Below, one piece after another: positions 11,040 to 18,871 of a DNA stretch of 64,000 nucleotides. The stretch's first letter is position 1. Every line of letters starts with the position of its first letter. The DNA is taken from positions 17,672 to 81,671 of the forward strand of contig CAIQCK010000049.1 of NCBI GenBank assembly GCA_903870275.1, in the 5' to 3' direction. This stretch comes from an uncultured bacterium (lineage in GTDB: Bacteria > Verrucomicrobiota > Verrucomicrobiia > CAIQCK01). The notes under the pieces are model-generated. The model searched no databases and was not told the origin of the DNA. It saw only the letters and a list, made by a program, of their open reading frames with translations. The position numbers and the translations under genes are program-made.

Positions 11040-11784
11040 TCCCCTTGCCGGCCATGAAATCCTTGTTCTTGTCGCCGACCCAGTAACGGTTGCCGGCGAT
11101 GCACCAGATGAAATGCAGCTCCTCGTCCTGGCTGAAGACGGGATGGTAATTCAGCAGCGGAATCGTCACCGCATCGCCTTCGCCCACGGAGCGCACGAAG
11201 CTCTTGGTCTCCTCGTCGGCATACACCTCCATCGAGCCGCGGCCCTGCGTGAAAATGTAAACCTCCTCTTGATCGGTGTGGTTGTGCGGCGGCCATGAAC
11301 GCTGGCCGGGCTTGAAGATCGTAAAGCCAGCAATCAACTTTTCCGCCGGCTCGCTCACGTCGAACATCAGGAACACATCCTTGCCTTTCAGGTGGCGGAT
11401 GCGGCGCTCGTCGCGCGAAAATTCGCTCCAACGCGCGTGAAACGCCGGGTGCGCCTTGTCCGCCGGCGCGCGACAGACGATCACGCGGCTTTCGCCGGCA
11501 CTCTGGCCCACTTGATAGGCCGCGCCGCGCGGCACGTAGAGCACGTCGTAGTGTTGCAGCGCATAGCTCGCGCCGCCGAGTGTGACCGTGACTTCGCCGC
11601 GCCAGCCAAACAGCAACGCTTCCTCGCCGGGATGCGCGAGCGGACTGGACTGGATGGGTCCGTTCAATTCATAGACGCCGTAGGTCAGCAACTGGAGGTT
11701 GGAGTTTTGAGGGTTGGATTTTTCGACGTAGCGAAACGCCCCGGCATCGGCCGGGACAAATGTAGCGGGTTTGGGTTGGTTCAT
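11023..11784 (-). CDS. cupin sugar isomerase of the KduI/IolB family (5-deoxy-glucuronate isomerase-like)
   Basis: 253 aa. The motif SWPPHNHTDQEEVYIF...YHPV resembles the IolB metal-binding cupin region. It is the last gene of the minus-strand sugar operon. The exact substrate is unknown. Confidence 0.65.
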   Translation of the reverse strand: MNQPKPATFVPADAGAFRYVEKSNPQNSNLQLLTYGVYELNGPIQSSPLAHPGEEALLFGWRGEVTVTLGGASYALQHYDVLYVPRGAAYQVGQSAGESRVIVCRAPADKAHPAFHARWSEFSRDERRIRHLKGKDVFLMFDVSEPAEKLIAGFTIFKPGQRSWPPHNHTDQEEVYIFTQGRGSMEVYADEETKSFVRSVGEGDAVTIPLLNYHPVFSQDEELHFIWCIAGNRYWVGDKNKDFMAGKGTKLTT

Positions 11785-11808
11785 GGCAATTAATTTATTT
11801 CAACGGAA

Positions 11809-12543
11809 TCAATGAGTGAGAAAAAGATATTTCAGTCCCATGACAAAGAGAAAAGCGAAAACCCCTATTTTTAATTTATCCTGCGGCACGCGCTTCAGCA
11901 GCACGCTGCCCAGCCACGTTGTCAGCAACAACGGCACCGTGGCCAGCAGCGACACGTGCACGAGTTCGTGCCGGATGAGGTCGCTGTTGATCAATAACCC
12001 CAGCCGGAACACCGCGCACAAGCCGAAGCACACTTGCATCAACGAGACGATCTGCTCCTTTGTCCAAGGCTGCGAATAAACATAGGCGACCGTCGGGGGC
12101 CCGCCCACGTTCAACGCGCCGCCCAGGCAGCCACCGGCAACACCGACGGGAAATCCCCACGACGCCGGCATGCGAAACAGCACGCGCTCACCGCGCCAGA
12201 GTTCGCTCGCCGAGAACACGCACAGTAATAAGCCGAGCGCCCGAAGCAGGAACGCCGCGGGAAGCCATACCAACGCAAAAAAACCGATCGGCACACCCAC
12301 GACGGAACCAATCACCAGTCCGCGCCCGTCGCGCCAGCGGAAGTGACGCCACGTCGCCAGAAACGTCACCACACAGACGACCACGTTCATGAGCGCCACC
12401 ACCACCTGCGCATCCTTCAGCTCCAGCACCAGCGGCAGCAGCGCGACCGCCGCCAGACCGAACCCGAAACCGGTCAGCCCCTGCACAAACCCGGCAAGGC
12501 TGAGCACGAAAATTACCTCCAACATGGTCTGCGATGAGGTCAT
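11809..12543 (-). CDS. TauE/SafE-family anion (sulfite/organosulfonate-type) exporter
   Basis: 244-aa polytopic membrane protein with about 7-8 TM helices, Gly-rich helices (LTGFGFGL..., GGALNVGGPP) and the internal duplication typical of TauE/SafE (DUF81). Confidence 0.75.
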   Translation of the reverse strand: MTSSQTMLEVIFVLSLAGFVQGLTGFGFGLAAVALLPLVLELKDAQVVVALMNVVVCVVTFLATWRHFRWRDGRGLVIGSVVGVPIGFFALVWLPAAFLLRALGLLLCVFSASELWRGERVLFRMPASWGFPVGVAGGCLGGALNVGGPPTVAYVYSQPWTKEQIVSLMQVCFGLCAVFRLGLLINSDLIRHELVHVSLLATVPLLLTTWLGSVLLKRVPQDKLKIGVFAFLFVMGLKYLFLTH

Positions 12544-12561
12544 GGAAAAAGTGGACCCGCC

Positions 12562-13338
12562 TCACCACGCGCGCGCACGCTTGAACGCGAGATGCGCGCG
12601 GAATGCCTCCGCCGCCCCGACGCCGGCCTGCGTGCCGCGGGCGCGCGCTTGCAGACGCATCAACTCGGGAAGCGGCGAGAAGCTGCTGTCGCTGCTCCGC
12701 GCCATCTGGCTGCGATGGCACGCCAGCATTTTCTCCTTCAGCGGCATGAACCCGGAAACGTCCACGTAGAAGCCCGGCTCAAAGCCGCTCATGTTCACCG
12801 TGTCCATCCACCACAATGCCGGCGCCGCCGACAGCGGCGGCGACTTCGTTTTTTGTCCGCGCGAGGCGCAAAACCAGGACGCCACCTCGGCGAGCGCGCC
12901 GGCGGCGCGATGGTCGGTGTGGTAGTCCGCCGCGGCGTGCGCCAGCACCAGCGACGGGCGAAACTGGCGATAAACTTCTGTCAGCAGAAGCCGGCTCGCG
13001 CGGTCGTCCGCGAGCGTACCGTCGGAGATGTTGCCGCAAAACAATTCGGCGCCCAGTAATCGCGCGGCGGCATCCATCTCGCGGCGGCGCACGGCAGCCA
13101 GGTTGCGGATTGGCTTGTGCGGCTGGCCGCCGTCGCCGTTGCAGAGCACGGCAATGCCGATGGCCGCGCCGTCGGCCCTCGCGCGTGCCAGAGTGCCGGC
13201 GCAGAGCAACTCCGCGTCGTCGGGATGCGCGACCACGGCCAGCATACGTTCTTTTCTAAAGTCGAGTTTCATATCGTTCAACTTTGTAGCCGCCGACGTA
13301 AGGAGGCGGAGTTTTTTTCGAGCCATTGGCGCCCCCAT
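12562..13338 (-). CDS. PIG-L/LmbE-family N-acetyl-sugar deacetylase
   Basis: Signature AVVAHPDDAELLCAGT...HTDH. The start is ambiguous. The ATG at 13338 has a perfect AAGGAGG SD 7 nt upstream but lies inside the 28-bp inverted repeat. The alternative ATG at 13272 (MKLDFRKERMLAVVAHPDD) gives the usual short N-terminus. Confidence 0.8.
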   Translation of the reverse strand: MGAPMARKKLRLLTSAATKLNDMKLDFRKERMLAVVAHPDDAELLCAGTLARARADGAAIGIAVLCNGDGGQPHKPIRNLAAVRRREMDAAARLLGAELFCGNISDGTLADDRASRLLLTEVYRQFRPSLVLAHAAADYHTDHRAAGALAEVASWFCASRGQKTKSPPLSAAPALWWMDTVNMSGFEPGFYVDVSGFMPLKEKMLACHRSQMARSSDSSFSPLPELMRLQARARGTQAGVGAAEAFRAHLAFKRARAW

Positions 13339-13366
13339 AACTCCGCCTCCTTACGTCGGCGGCTAC
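13286..13366. repeat. perfect 28-bp inverted repeat (hairpin) with a 25-nt loop
   Basis: Left arm 13286-13313, GTAGCCGCCGACGTAAGGAGGCGGAGTT, is the exact reverse complement of right arm 13339-13366. It lies between the NagB-like and PIG-L genes. Confidence 0.95.
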
Positions 13367-13374
13367 TGTACAAA

Positions 13375-14220
13375 TCATCTCAGCATAATACTCGGCGGCT
13401 GGGCCACATACTCGGCCACGGTCAGCACGGCGTCGGGATGCAACCGCATCAACGACGCCGGGCACGCCGCCGTGATCGGCCCATGCAACGCGCGGCGGGC
13501 CACGGCGCTCTGCCACGGCCGGTTGCAGTAGAACCGCAACCGCCGGGCGCCAAGACATTCCTTCATGCCCACCGTGACGGCCCGGCGCGGAATGACGCTG
13601 ATTTCGCCGCCGACCGTGACGGAATTGATCGTGCGCGTCTCGCGTGTGAGCGACAGCACCCGCGTCGGCAGCGCGGCGAATTCTTCCACGCTCATTGTCA
13701 CGCCAGGCTCCGGCGGCTCGTTGAAAGCAAAGTGGCCGTTGATGCCGATGCCTCCAAAGCACGCGTCCACGCCACCGCGCCGCTCAATGAGGCGCGGCAC
13801 CGCCGCCGGATTCTGCGGGTCGGGAAAGACGCGGTTTTCCGGCATCGGCGCAAGCGCGGGATCGAGCCGGTCGTAGAACAGCCGGTCCATGAAACCGCGA
13901 AAACTCAGCGGATGATCGGCGGGAATGAAGCGGTCGTCGTCGCTGAGGTATTCGTCCATGTTGATGAACACGACGTGGCGGCAATCGAACCGTTCGTCGT
14001 TGATCCTTTTCGCAAGCAACGGAAACTGCTCCACCGGTCCGACCGGCACGATGAGCGTCGCCGCGCGGCCTGCCGCGTGCGCGTCGAGGATTTCTCGCCA
14101 CATCGCCTCGGCCACGTCGCGGCCGATGGACGCCATGTTGCCGAGGATGCGCACTTTCACCGGCGTCCCTTTGCCAAGGTCGTCGGCGGAAATCTTCAAA
14201 TAGTCAGGAAGATCACTCAT
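13375..14220 (-). CDS. glucosamine-6-phosphate deaminase/isomerase family protein (NagB-like)
   Basis: From MSDLPDYLKI...; family motifs TLIVPVGPV, FINMDEY, GIGINGHFAFNEP. The longer ORF to 14298 overlaps the upstream MFS gene and is rejected. Confidence 0.8.
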   Translation of the reverse strand: MSDLPDYLKISADDLGKGTPVKVRILGNMASIGRDVAEAMWREILDAHAAGRAATLIVPVGPVEQFPLLAKRINDERFDCRHVVFINMDEYLSDDDRFIPADHPLSFRGFMDRLFYDRLDPALAPMPENRVFPDPQNPAAVPRLIERRGGVDACFGGIGINGHFAFNEPPEPGVTMSVEEFAALPTRVLSLTRETRTINSVTVGGEISVIPRRAVTVGMKECLGARRLRFYCNRPWQSAVARRALHGPITAACPASLMRLHPDAVLTVAEYVAQPPSIMLR

Positions 14221-14233
14221 CACGCTTAACTCA

Positions 14234-15541
14234 TCACTCCGGCAACGGCTGGTCTTTCGTCTCCGGCAAAAACAGCACCACGACGATGCCGATGACAAAT
14301 AACAGTCCCATCAGCGTGATCGCCAATTGCAGGGTCATTCCCGGAACCGCCTTCAGCCAGCCGGAGAAAATCAAGACAGGCGACGCGACGAGCCGTCCGG
14401 CGTTGAAACAAAAACCCGCGCCCGTCGAGCGCAGGTGATTCGGGAACAACTCCGGGAAATAGATGGCATAGCCCGCGTGAATGCTGAGCGTAGCGAAACC
14501 CATCAGCGGCAGGAGCAGCAGCATTTGCGTGTAGGTCGTCGGCAAATAGCACGTCACCGGCACGATGATCAGCGAGAGAACCTGCAGCAGGATGAACGTC
14601 CGCCGCCGCCCCAGCCGCACGCAGAGCGGACCGAACGACAACAGGCCCAGCGCCATGCCAATGGTCTCGACGACGCCGTAAGCGAACTTCGCCTTCACCG
14701 CCGCCTCGGCGGACTCCACGCCGGTTCGCCGCAACAAATCCATCGCGAGGTCCTGACCCGCGACCGTCACGCTCCAAAACGTGCCCAGGCCCACCGCAGC
14801 GAGCACCATGCCGAGCAGCGCGCGCGGTCCCCAGACGCGGTGGAAAAACAGTTCGCGGAAACTGCCGAGCTTGCCACCCTGCCCCGTTGCGGCCTTGGCG
14901 CGCGCGTGCTTCCAGCTTTCCGGTTCCTTCACGTTGGACCACACCCACAACACGAGCATCGCCGGCAGCACGCTGATCAAATACGCGTAGCGCCACTGCG
15001 CGCCGACGGCCAGACCGACCCCCGCCGCCACCCACGTCCCCAGCGTGCTCGTCGCGTGAAAAATTCCCGACGCATGCGCCCGCGCGTGCTGTGGAAACAC
15101 CTCGGCCACCAGCGCCGCCGCGACCGCCCACTCGCCGCCGACACCCATCGCCACCAGGAACCGCAACACGCCGACCTGCCAGAGCGTCGTCGCGAAATAC
15201 GTCAGCCCGGCGAACACGGAATAAAAAAGGATCGTCGCCACCATGACCGGCTTGCGCCCCCAGCGGTCGGCCAGCGAGCCGAACAGAATCCCGCCGAACG
15301 CGCCGCCCGCCAGAAACACGCCGAGGAACACGTCGCCCCACCGCCGCACCTCCGGCGCGTTGTGCGCCGTCCGCATGATGTCCGTGAGCAGGTCGTTGCG
15401 GGTGATGTTGAACACCTGCCCCTCGTATGCATCGAAAATCCAGCCCGCCGACGCAATCACCAGCACCAGCCACTGGTAACGGCTCACGCCGTGATACCAG
15501 CGCGCCGGCGCAGCTTGCTCCTGAGTTGCGGCAGTGTTCAT
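14234..15541 (-). CDS. MFS transporter
   Basis: 435 aa, about 12 TM helices, with the MFS loop motif GSLADRWGRKPV between TM2 and TM3. Confidence 0.85.
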   Translation of the reverse strand: MNTAATQEQAAPARWYHGVSRYQWLVLVIASAGWIFDAYEGQVFNITRNDLLTDIMRTAHNAPEVRRWGDVFLGVFLAGGAFGGILFGSLADRWGRKPVMVATILFYSVFAGLTYFATTLWQVGVLRFLVAMGVGGEWAVAAALVAEVFPQHARAHASGIFHATSTLGTWVAAGVGLAVGAQWRYAYLISVLPAMLVLWVWSNVKEPESWKHARAKAATGQGGKLGSFRELFFHRVWGPRALLGMVLAAVGLGTFWSVTVAGQDLAMDLLRRTGVESAEAAVKAKFAYGVVETIGMALGLLSFGPLCVRLGRRRTFILLQVLSLIIVPVTCYLPTTYTQMLLLLPLMGFATLSIHAGYAIYFPELFPNHLRSTGAGFCFNAGRLVASPVLIFSGWLKAVPGMTLQLAITLMGLLFVIGIVVVLFLPETKDQPLPE

Positions 15542-15560
15542 GTGGACGGCTTCTTTGCGA

Positions 15561-16901
15561 TCAGCCGACCTCCCAGCCGGGGCGATACGCTCGCTTCAGG
15601 TAGCGCTCGGCTTCGGGGCAGTTCGGGAATTTCATCGCAGCGGCGTCCCACTCCAGTTTCCGGCCGGGACAACGGATGGCGATGGTGCCCAGCAAAATTG
15701 TTTCGCTCATCGGTCCGGTCTGGGCGAAGTGCGATTCCGTCCTCTCGCCGCCGAGGCACGCGTCCACATAATGATGATAGTGATTTCGCGGTAGCGGCTT
15801 CGGCCGCTCATAACCCTCGAATTTTTCCTTGGGAAGCAACTGCGGTGCTGCCTGGTGCTGGTGAAGGATAACGCCCTCGGCGCCAACTAGCAACGCGGAC
15901 TCCAGCGGATACGTGCCGGTCGGATTGAGGCTGCGCGCCTCCTCCGGAGGCAGCATGTCGCCGTCAAACCACTCCACGACCAGTTCCTGGCCCGCAGTCA
16001 TCGCGTTGCCGGGGAACGTCCACGTCACGTGCTCGCTTTGCGGCCAGTTGTCGGCCCGGCGCGCAGGCGAGTTCTTCCACGATTCCTCGACCTCGGCCAC
16101 GACGCTCAACGGCGCTTTCAGGTTGAGGCCCCGCCATGTCGAATCAAGAATGTGGCAGCCCATGTCTGCGCACCAACTGGTGCCGAAGTCCTGCCACGCG
16201 CGCCACTTCGCCGGGTGATACGTGTCAGGCGCGAAGGGCCGCATCGGCGCGTTGCCGATCCAGAGGTCCCATTTCAAATACGGCGGCGGCTCCTCACTCG
16301 TGGCGGGACGCGGCCCCTTGATGCGGCTCAACGCGAGGCGGTTGGAACAAAGATAGACATGTTTGATCTTGCCAATCGCGCCGCGCTGGAGAAGCTGCAC
16401 GGTCATGCGGTCGCCGATGCTGGAGGCGAACTGCGTGCCGAGCTGCGTAACGATGCCTTTCCTAACAGCAGCCCCTGTCAGCTTCCGAACCTCAGCCAGG
16501 TCGTGACACATCGGTTTCTGGCAATAGAGATTCTTGCCGCGCTCGACTGCGGTGAAGGCGATGGGAAAGTGCATGTGGTCCGGCACGGTGACGTTCACCG
16601 AATCAATCTTGTCGCCCTCCTTTTCGAACAGTTCGCGCCAGTCGGTGTAGAGTCGCGCGCCCGGCACCAGCTTGGCCGATGAATCCAGATGCTGCGTGTC
16701 CACGTCGCACAAGGCGACGATCTGCACGCGCTCGTGGCTCTGAAAATTCTTCAGGTCACCGAGGCCCATGCGCGTGACGCCAATGCAGGCGTGGCAGAGC
16801 TTGCCGTTAGGCGACGCAGCGCGCAGGCCGGATGGCATCACGAACGGCGCGCCGACGACCGCCATCGCGGCGGTACGCAGGAATTGGCGGCGTGTTTTCA
16901 T
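15561..16901 (-). CDS. Tat-exported Gfo/Idh/MocA-family oxidoreductase
   Basis: Start MKTRRQFLRTAAMAVVGAP (twin-arginine motif TRRQFL) with a GAGGG SD upstream. It has a Rossmann-type N-terminal domain (HACIGV...VALCDVD) and a GFO C-terminal domain. Confidence 0.85.
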   Translation of the reverse strand: MKTRRQFLRTAAMAVVGAPFVMPSGLRAASPNGKLCHACIGVTRMGLGDLKNFQSHERVQIVALCDVDTQHLDSSAKLVPGARLYTDWRELFEKEGDKIDSVNVTVPDHMHFPIAFTAVERGKNLYCQKPMCHDLAEVRKLTGAAVRKGIVTQLGTQFASSIGDRMTVQLLQRGAIGKIKHVYLCSNRLALSRIKGPRPATSEEPPPYLKWDLWIGNAPMRPFAPDTYHPAKWRAWQDFGTSWCADMGCHILDSTWRGLNLKAPLSVVAEVEESWKNSPARRADNWPQSEHVTWTFPGNAMTAGQELVVEWFDGDMLPPEEARSLNPTGTYPLESALLVGAEGVILHQHQAAPQLLPKEKFEGYERPKPLPRNHYHHYVDACLGGERTESHFAQTGPMSETILLGTIAIRCPGRKLEWDAAAMKFPNCPEAERYLKRAYRPGWEVG

Positions 16902-16911
16902 TCCAGAACCC

Positions 16912-17781
16912 TCAGGCATAGAGAACGTGATCCATCTGCGTGGAAATTTCCGCGAGCCGCTGTCGGTCGCCGCCGCGCACCTCGCCCGTGGCCCATCCGT
17001 GGAACCGGATTTTCGCCAGCTCCTCGCGGACCCGTTTCCAGTTGATGTCGCCCTGACCGATGGGCATGTCGAACGCCTTGCTCATCCCATCCTTCATGGC
17101 GATCTTCAGGCTGAATTCCTTGATGTGGATTTTTTCGATGCGCGGGCCGAGCACCTCGATCCAATGTTGCGGCCAGCCCCAACGCATCACGTTGCCAATG
17201 TCGAAGTAAGACCGCACCCACGGATTGGAAAAATCGTCAATGTATCGCGCCATCGTCAGCGGCTCGATGAGGAACGTGGCCCAGACGTTTTCGACGCAAA
17301 TCTTGATGCGCTTCTTCTCGGCGCGCGGAATCGCCGCCCGGATCAACTCCTGCGTGCGCCGGTAGTTGTCCATATACGATGTTTCGGGATCGGTGCGCAC
17401 CACGTGCAGCACCGTCGTGGCGCCGTAAATCGCCGCCTCGTCAATGGCCGCCTCCAGATCGGGGTTGCTGCCGTTCGACACGCCATGAATGGGAATGCCG
17501 ACCTTCTCGCTGGCGCGCGCAAGCTCCTGCGGTTCCGTTGTGTCCTTCTTCGACGCGTGGCGCGACACCTCCACGCCTTCGAATCCTGCGTCCTTCGCGA
17601 CGCGGAACTTGTCCTCCACCGACAGCTTCGGCTCGACGATCATGCCCCATCCGACCGCCTTCTTGATCCGCCCGCCCGGCTCCGCCGCCGCTGACGAGTG
17701 TGACAGCGAACCCGCCGACGCGGCGGCGAGCAACAGTCCGCTGGTGTGAATGAACTGCCGACGATCCATTTGTGATTTCAT
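16912..17781 (-). CDS. Tat-exported xylose-isomerase-like TIM-barrel protein (sugar phosphate isomerase/epimerase superfamily)
   Basis: MKSQMDRRQFIHTSGLLLAAASAGS twin-arginine signal. The body resembles the AP-endonuclease-2/hydroxypyruvate-isomerase-like TIM barrel (GFEGVEV..., IKICVEN, YFDIGN, HIKEF). It is the first gene of the minus-strand operon. Confidence 0.8.
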   Translation of the reverse strand: MKSQMDRRQFIHTSGLLLAAASAGSLSHSSAAAEPGGRIKKAVGWGMIVEPKLSVEDKFRVAKDAGFEGVEVSRHASKKDTTEPQELARASEKVGIPIHGVSNGSNPDLEAAIDEAAIYGATTVLHVVRTDPETSYMDNYRRTQELIRAAIPRAEKKRIKICVENVWATFLIEPLTMARYIDDFSNPWVRSYFDIGNVMRWGWPQHWIEVLGPRIEKIHIKEFSLKIAMKDGMSKAFDMPIGQGDINWKRVREELAKIRFHGWATGEVRGGDRQRLAEISTQMDHVLYA

Positions 17782-17799
17782 GATGACTCCTCAATAACC

Positions 17800-17828
17800 T
17801 TGACAGTAATTTCGATTTCGAAATAATA
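17800..17828 (+). promoter_or_regulatory. candidate sigma70-type promoter with an overlapping ROK(NagC/Mlc)-like operator in the 62-bp divergent intergenic region
   Basis: TTGACA (17800-17805), a 17-nt spacer, then ATAATA (17823-17828). The spacer and -10 region form the AT-rich near-palindrome GTAATTTCG-ATTT-CGAAATAAT (17806-17827), which contains the perfect palindrome ATTTCGAAAT. Confidence 0.4.
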
Positions 17829-17843
17829 CCCGAAAGGTGAATC

Positions 17844-18869
17844 ATGAGTAAAGTTAATTTTGGTCTCATCGGGTATGGCGCGTGGGGCAGCCACCACGCC
17901 CGGGTCATTGCCGACGGAGCGACCACGCAACTCGCCGCCGTGGCCGAGCGATCCGACAAGAACCGCGCCGAGGCGCAGATCCAACATCCCCAGGCCGCCG
18001 TGGTCGCCGACTACGCTGAAGTGCTGCGCCGGCCCGACATCGAGGTGGTCGACGTTGCCCTGCCCTCGCACCTGCACCACGAGGTCGGCCGCGCCGTGCT
18101 CGAAGCGGGCAAACATTTGCTGATGGAGAAGCCGATGTCGTTGAGCATTGCCGCGTGCGACGACCTCGTGCAACTGGCGCGTGCGAAAGGTTTGCAGATC
18201 GCCGTGGGCCACGAGTTCCGCTACTCTTCGCTCTGGGGCAAGGTCAAGGAACTGGTGGACGCCGACGCAATCGGCGAGCCGCAATACGCGCTCATCGAGC
18301 TTTGGCGCAATCCGTACCGGCTCGGCTCCGACGGCTGGCGCTACGACATCAAGCGCGTGGGCAACTGGATCCTCGAGGAGCCAATCCACTTTTTCGACCT
18401 CGCGCGCTGGTATCTGTCGGGCAACGGCAATCCGGTGTCGGTCTATGCCAGCGCGAACGCACGTGACCCGAAGCGGCCGGAGCTGCAGGACAACTTCAGC
18501 GCCATCGTGAACTTCCCCGGCGGGCGCTACGCGGTGATTTCGCAGACGCTGAGCGCGTTCGAGCATCACCAAGTGGTGAAACTGACCGGCTCCAAAGGCG
18601 CGATCTGGGCAAGCTGGAGCGGCGCGATGGACCGCACGTTCCATCCGACATTCTTCCTGAAGCACTTCGACGGCGAGAAGGTGGCGGACGTGGAGATTCC
18701 GAAGGCCACCGGCGAAGTGTATGAACTGGCCGACCAGATCGCCGGCATGGCCGAGGCGGTTCGCACCGGGAAACCGCCGCGCGTGACCGGCGAAGACGGC
18801 CGCTGGTCGGTGGCGATGTGTTTGAAGGCGCAGGAAAGCGTGGACACGGGCGCCGTGGTGAAATTCTGA
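17844..18869 (+). CDS. Gfo/Idh/MocA-family oxidoreductase (cytoplasmic)
   Basis: 341 aa with no signal peptide. The N-terminal motif is VNFGLIGYGAWGSHH, followed by EKPM and the C-terminal GFO alpha/beta domain. Confidence 0.85.
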   Translation: MSKVNFGLIGYGAWGSHHARVIADGATTQLAAVAERSDKNRAEAQIQHPQAAVVADYAEVLRRPDIEVVDVALPSHLHHEVGRAVLEAGKHLLMEKPMSLSIAACDDLVQLARAKGLQIAVGHEFRYSSLWGKVKELVDADAIGEPQYALIELWRNPYRLGSDGWRYDIKRVGNWILEEPIHFFDLARWYLSGNGNPVSVYASANARDPKRPELQDNFSAIVNFPGGRYAVISQTLSAFEHHQVVKLTGSKGAIWASWSGAMDRTFHPTFFLKHFDGEKVADVEIPKATGEVYELADQIAGMAEAVRTGKPPRVTGEDGRWSVAMCLKAQESVDTGAVVKF

Positions 18870-18871
18870 AC

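Noticed and set aside
13117-15871. + strand ORFs 13117-14229 (370 aa) and 14327-15871 (514 aa)
   Set aside because: They are antisense to the NagB-like and MFS genes. Their translations are Arg/His-rich without hydrophobic cores.
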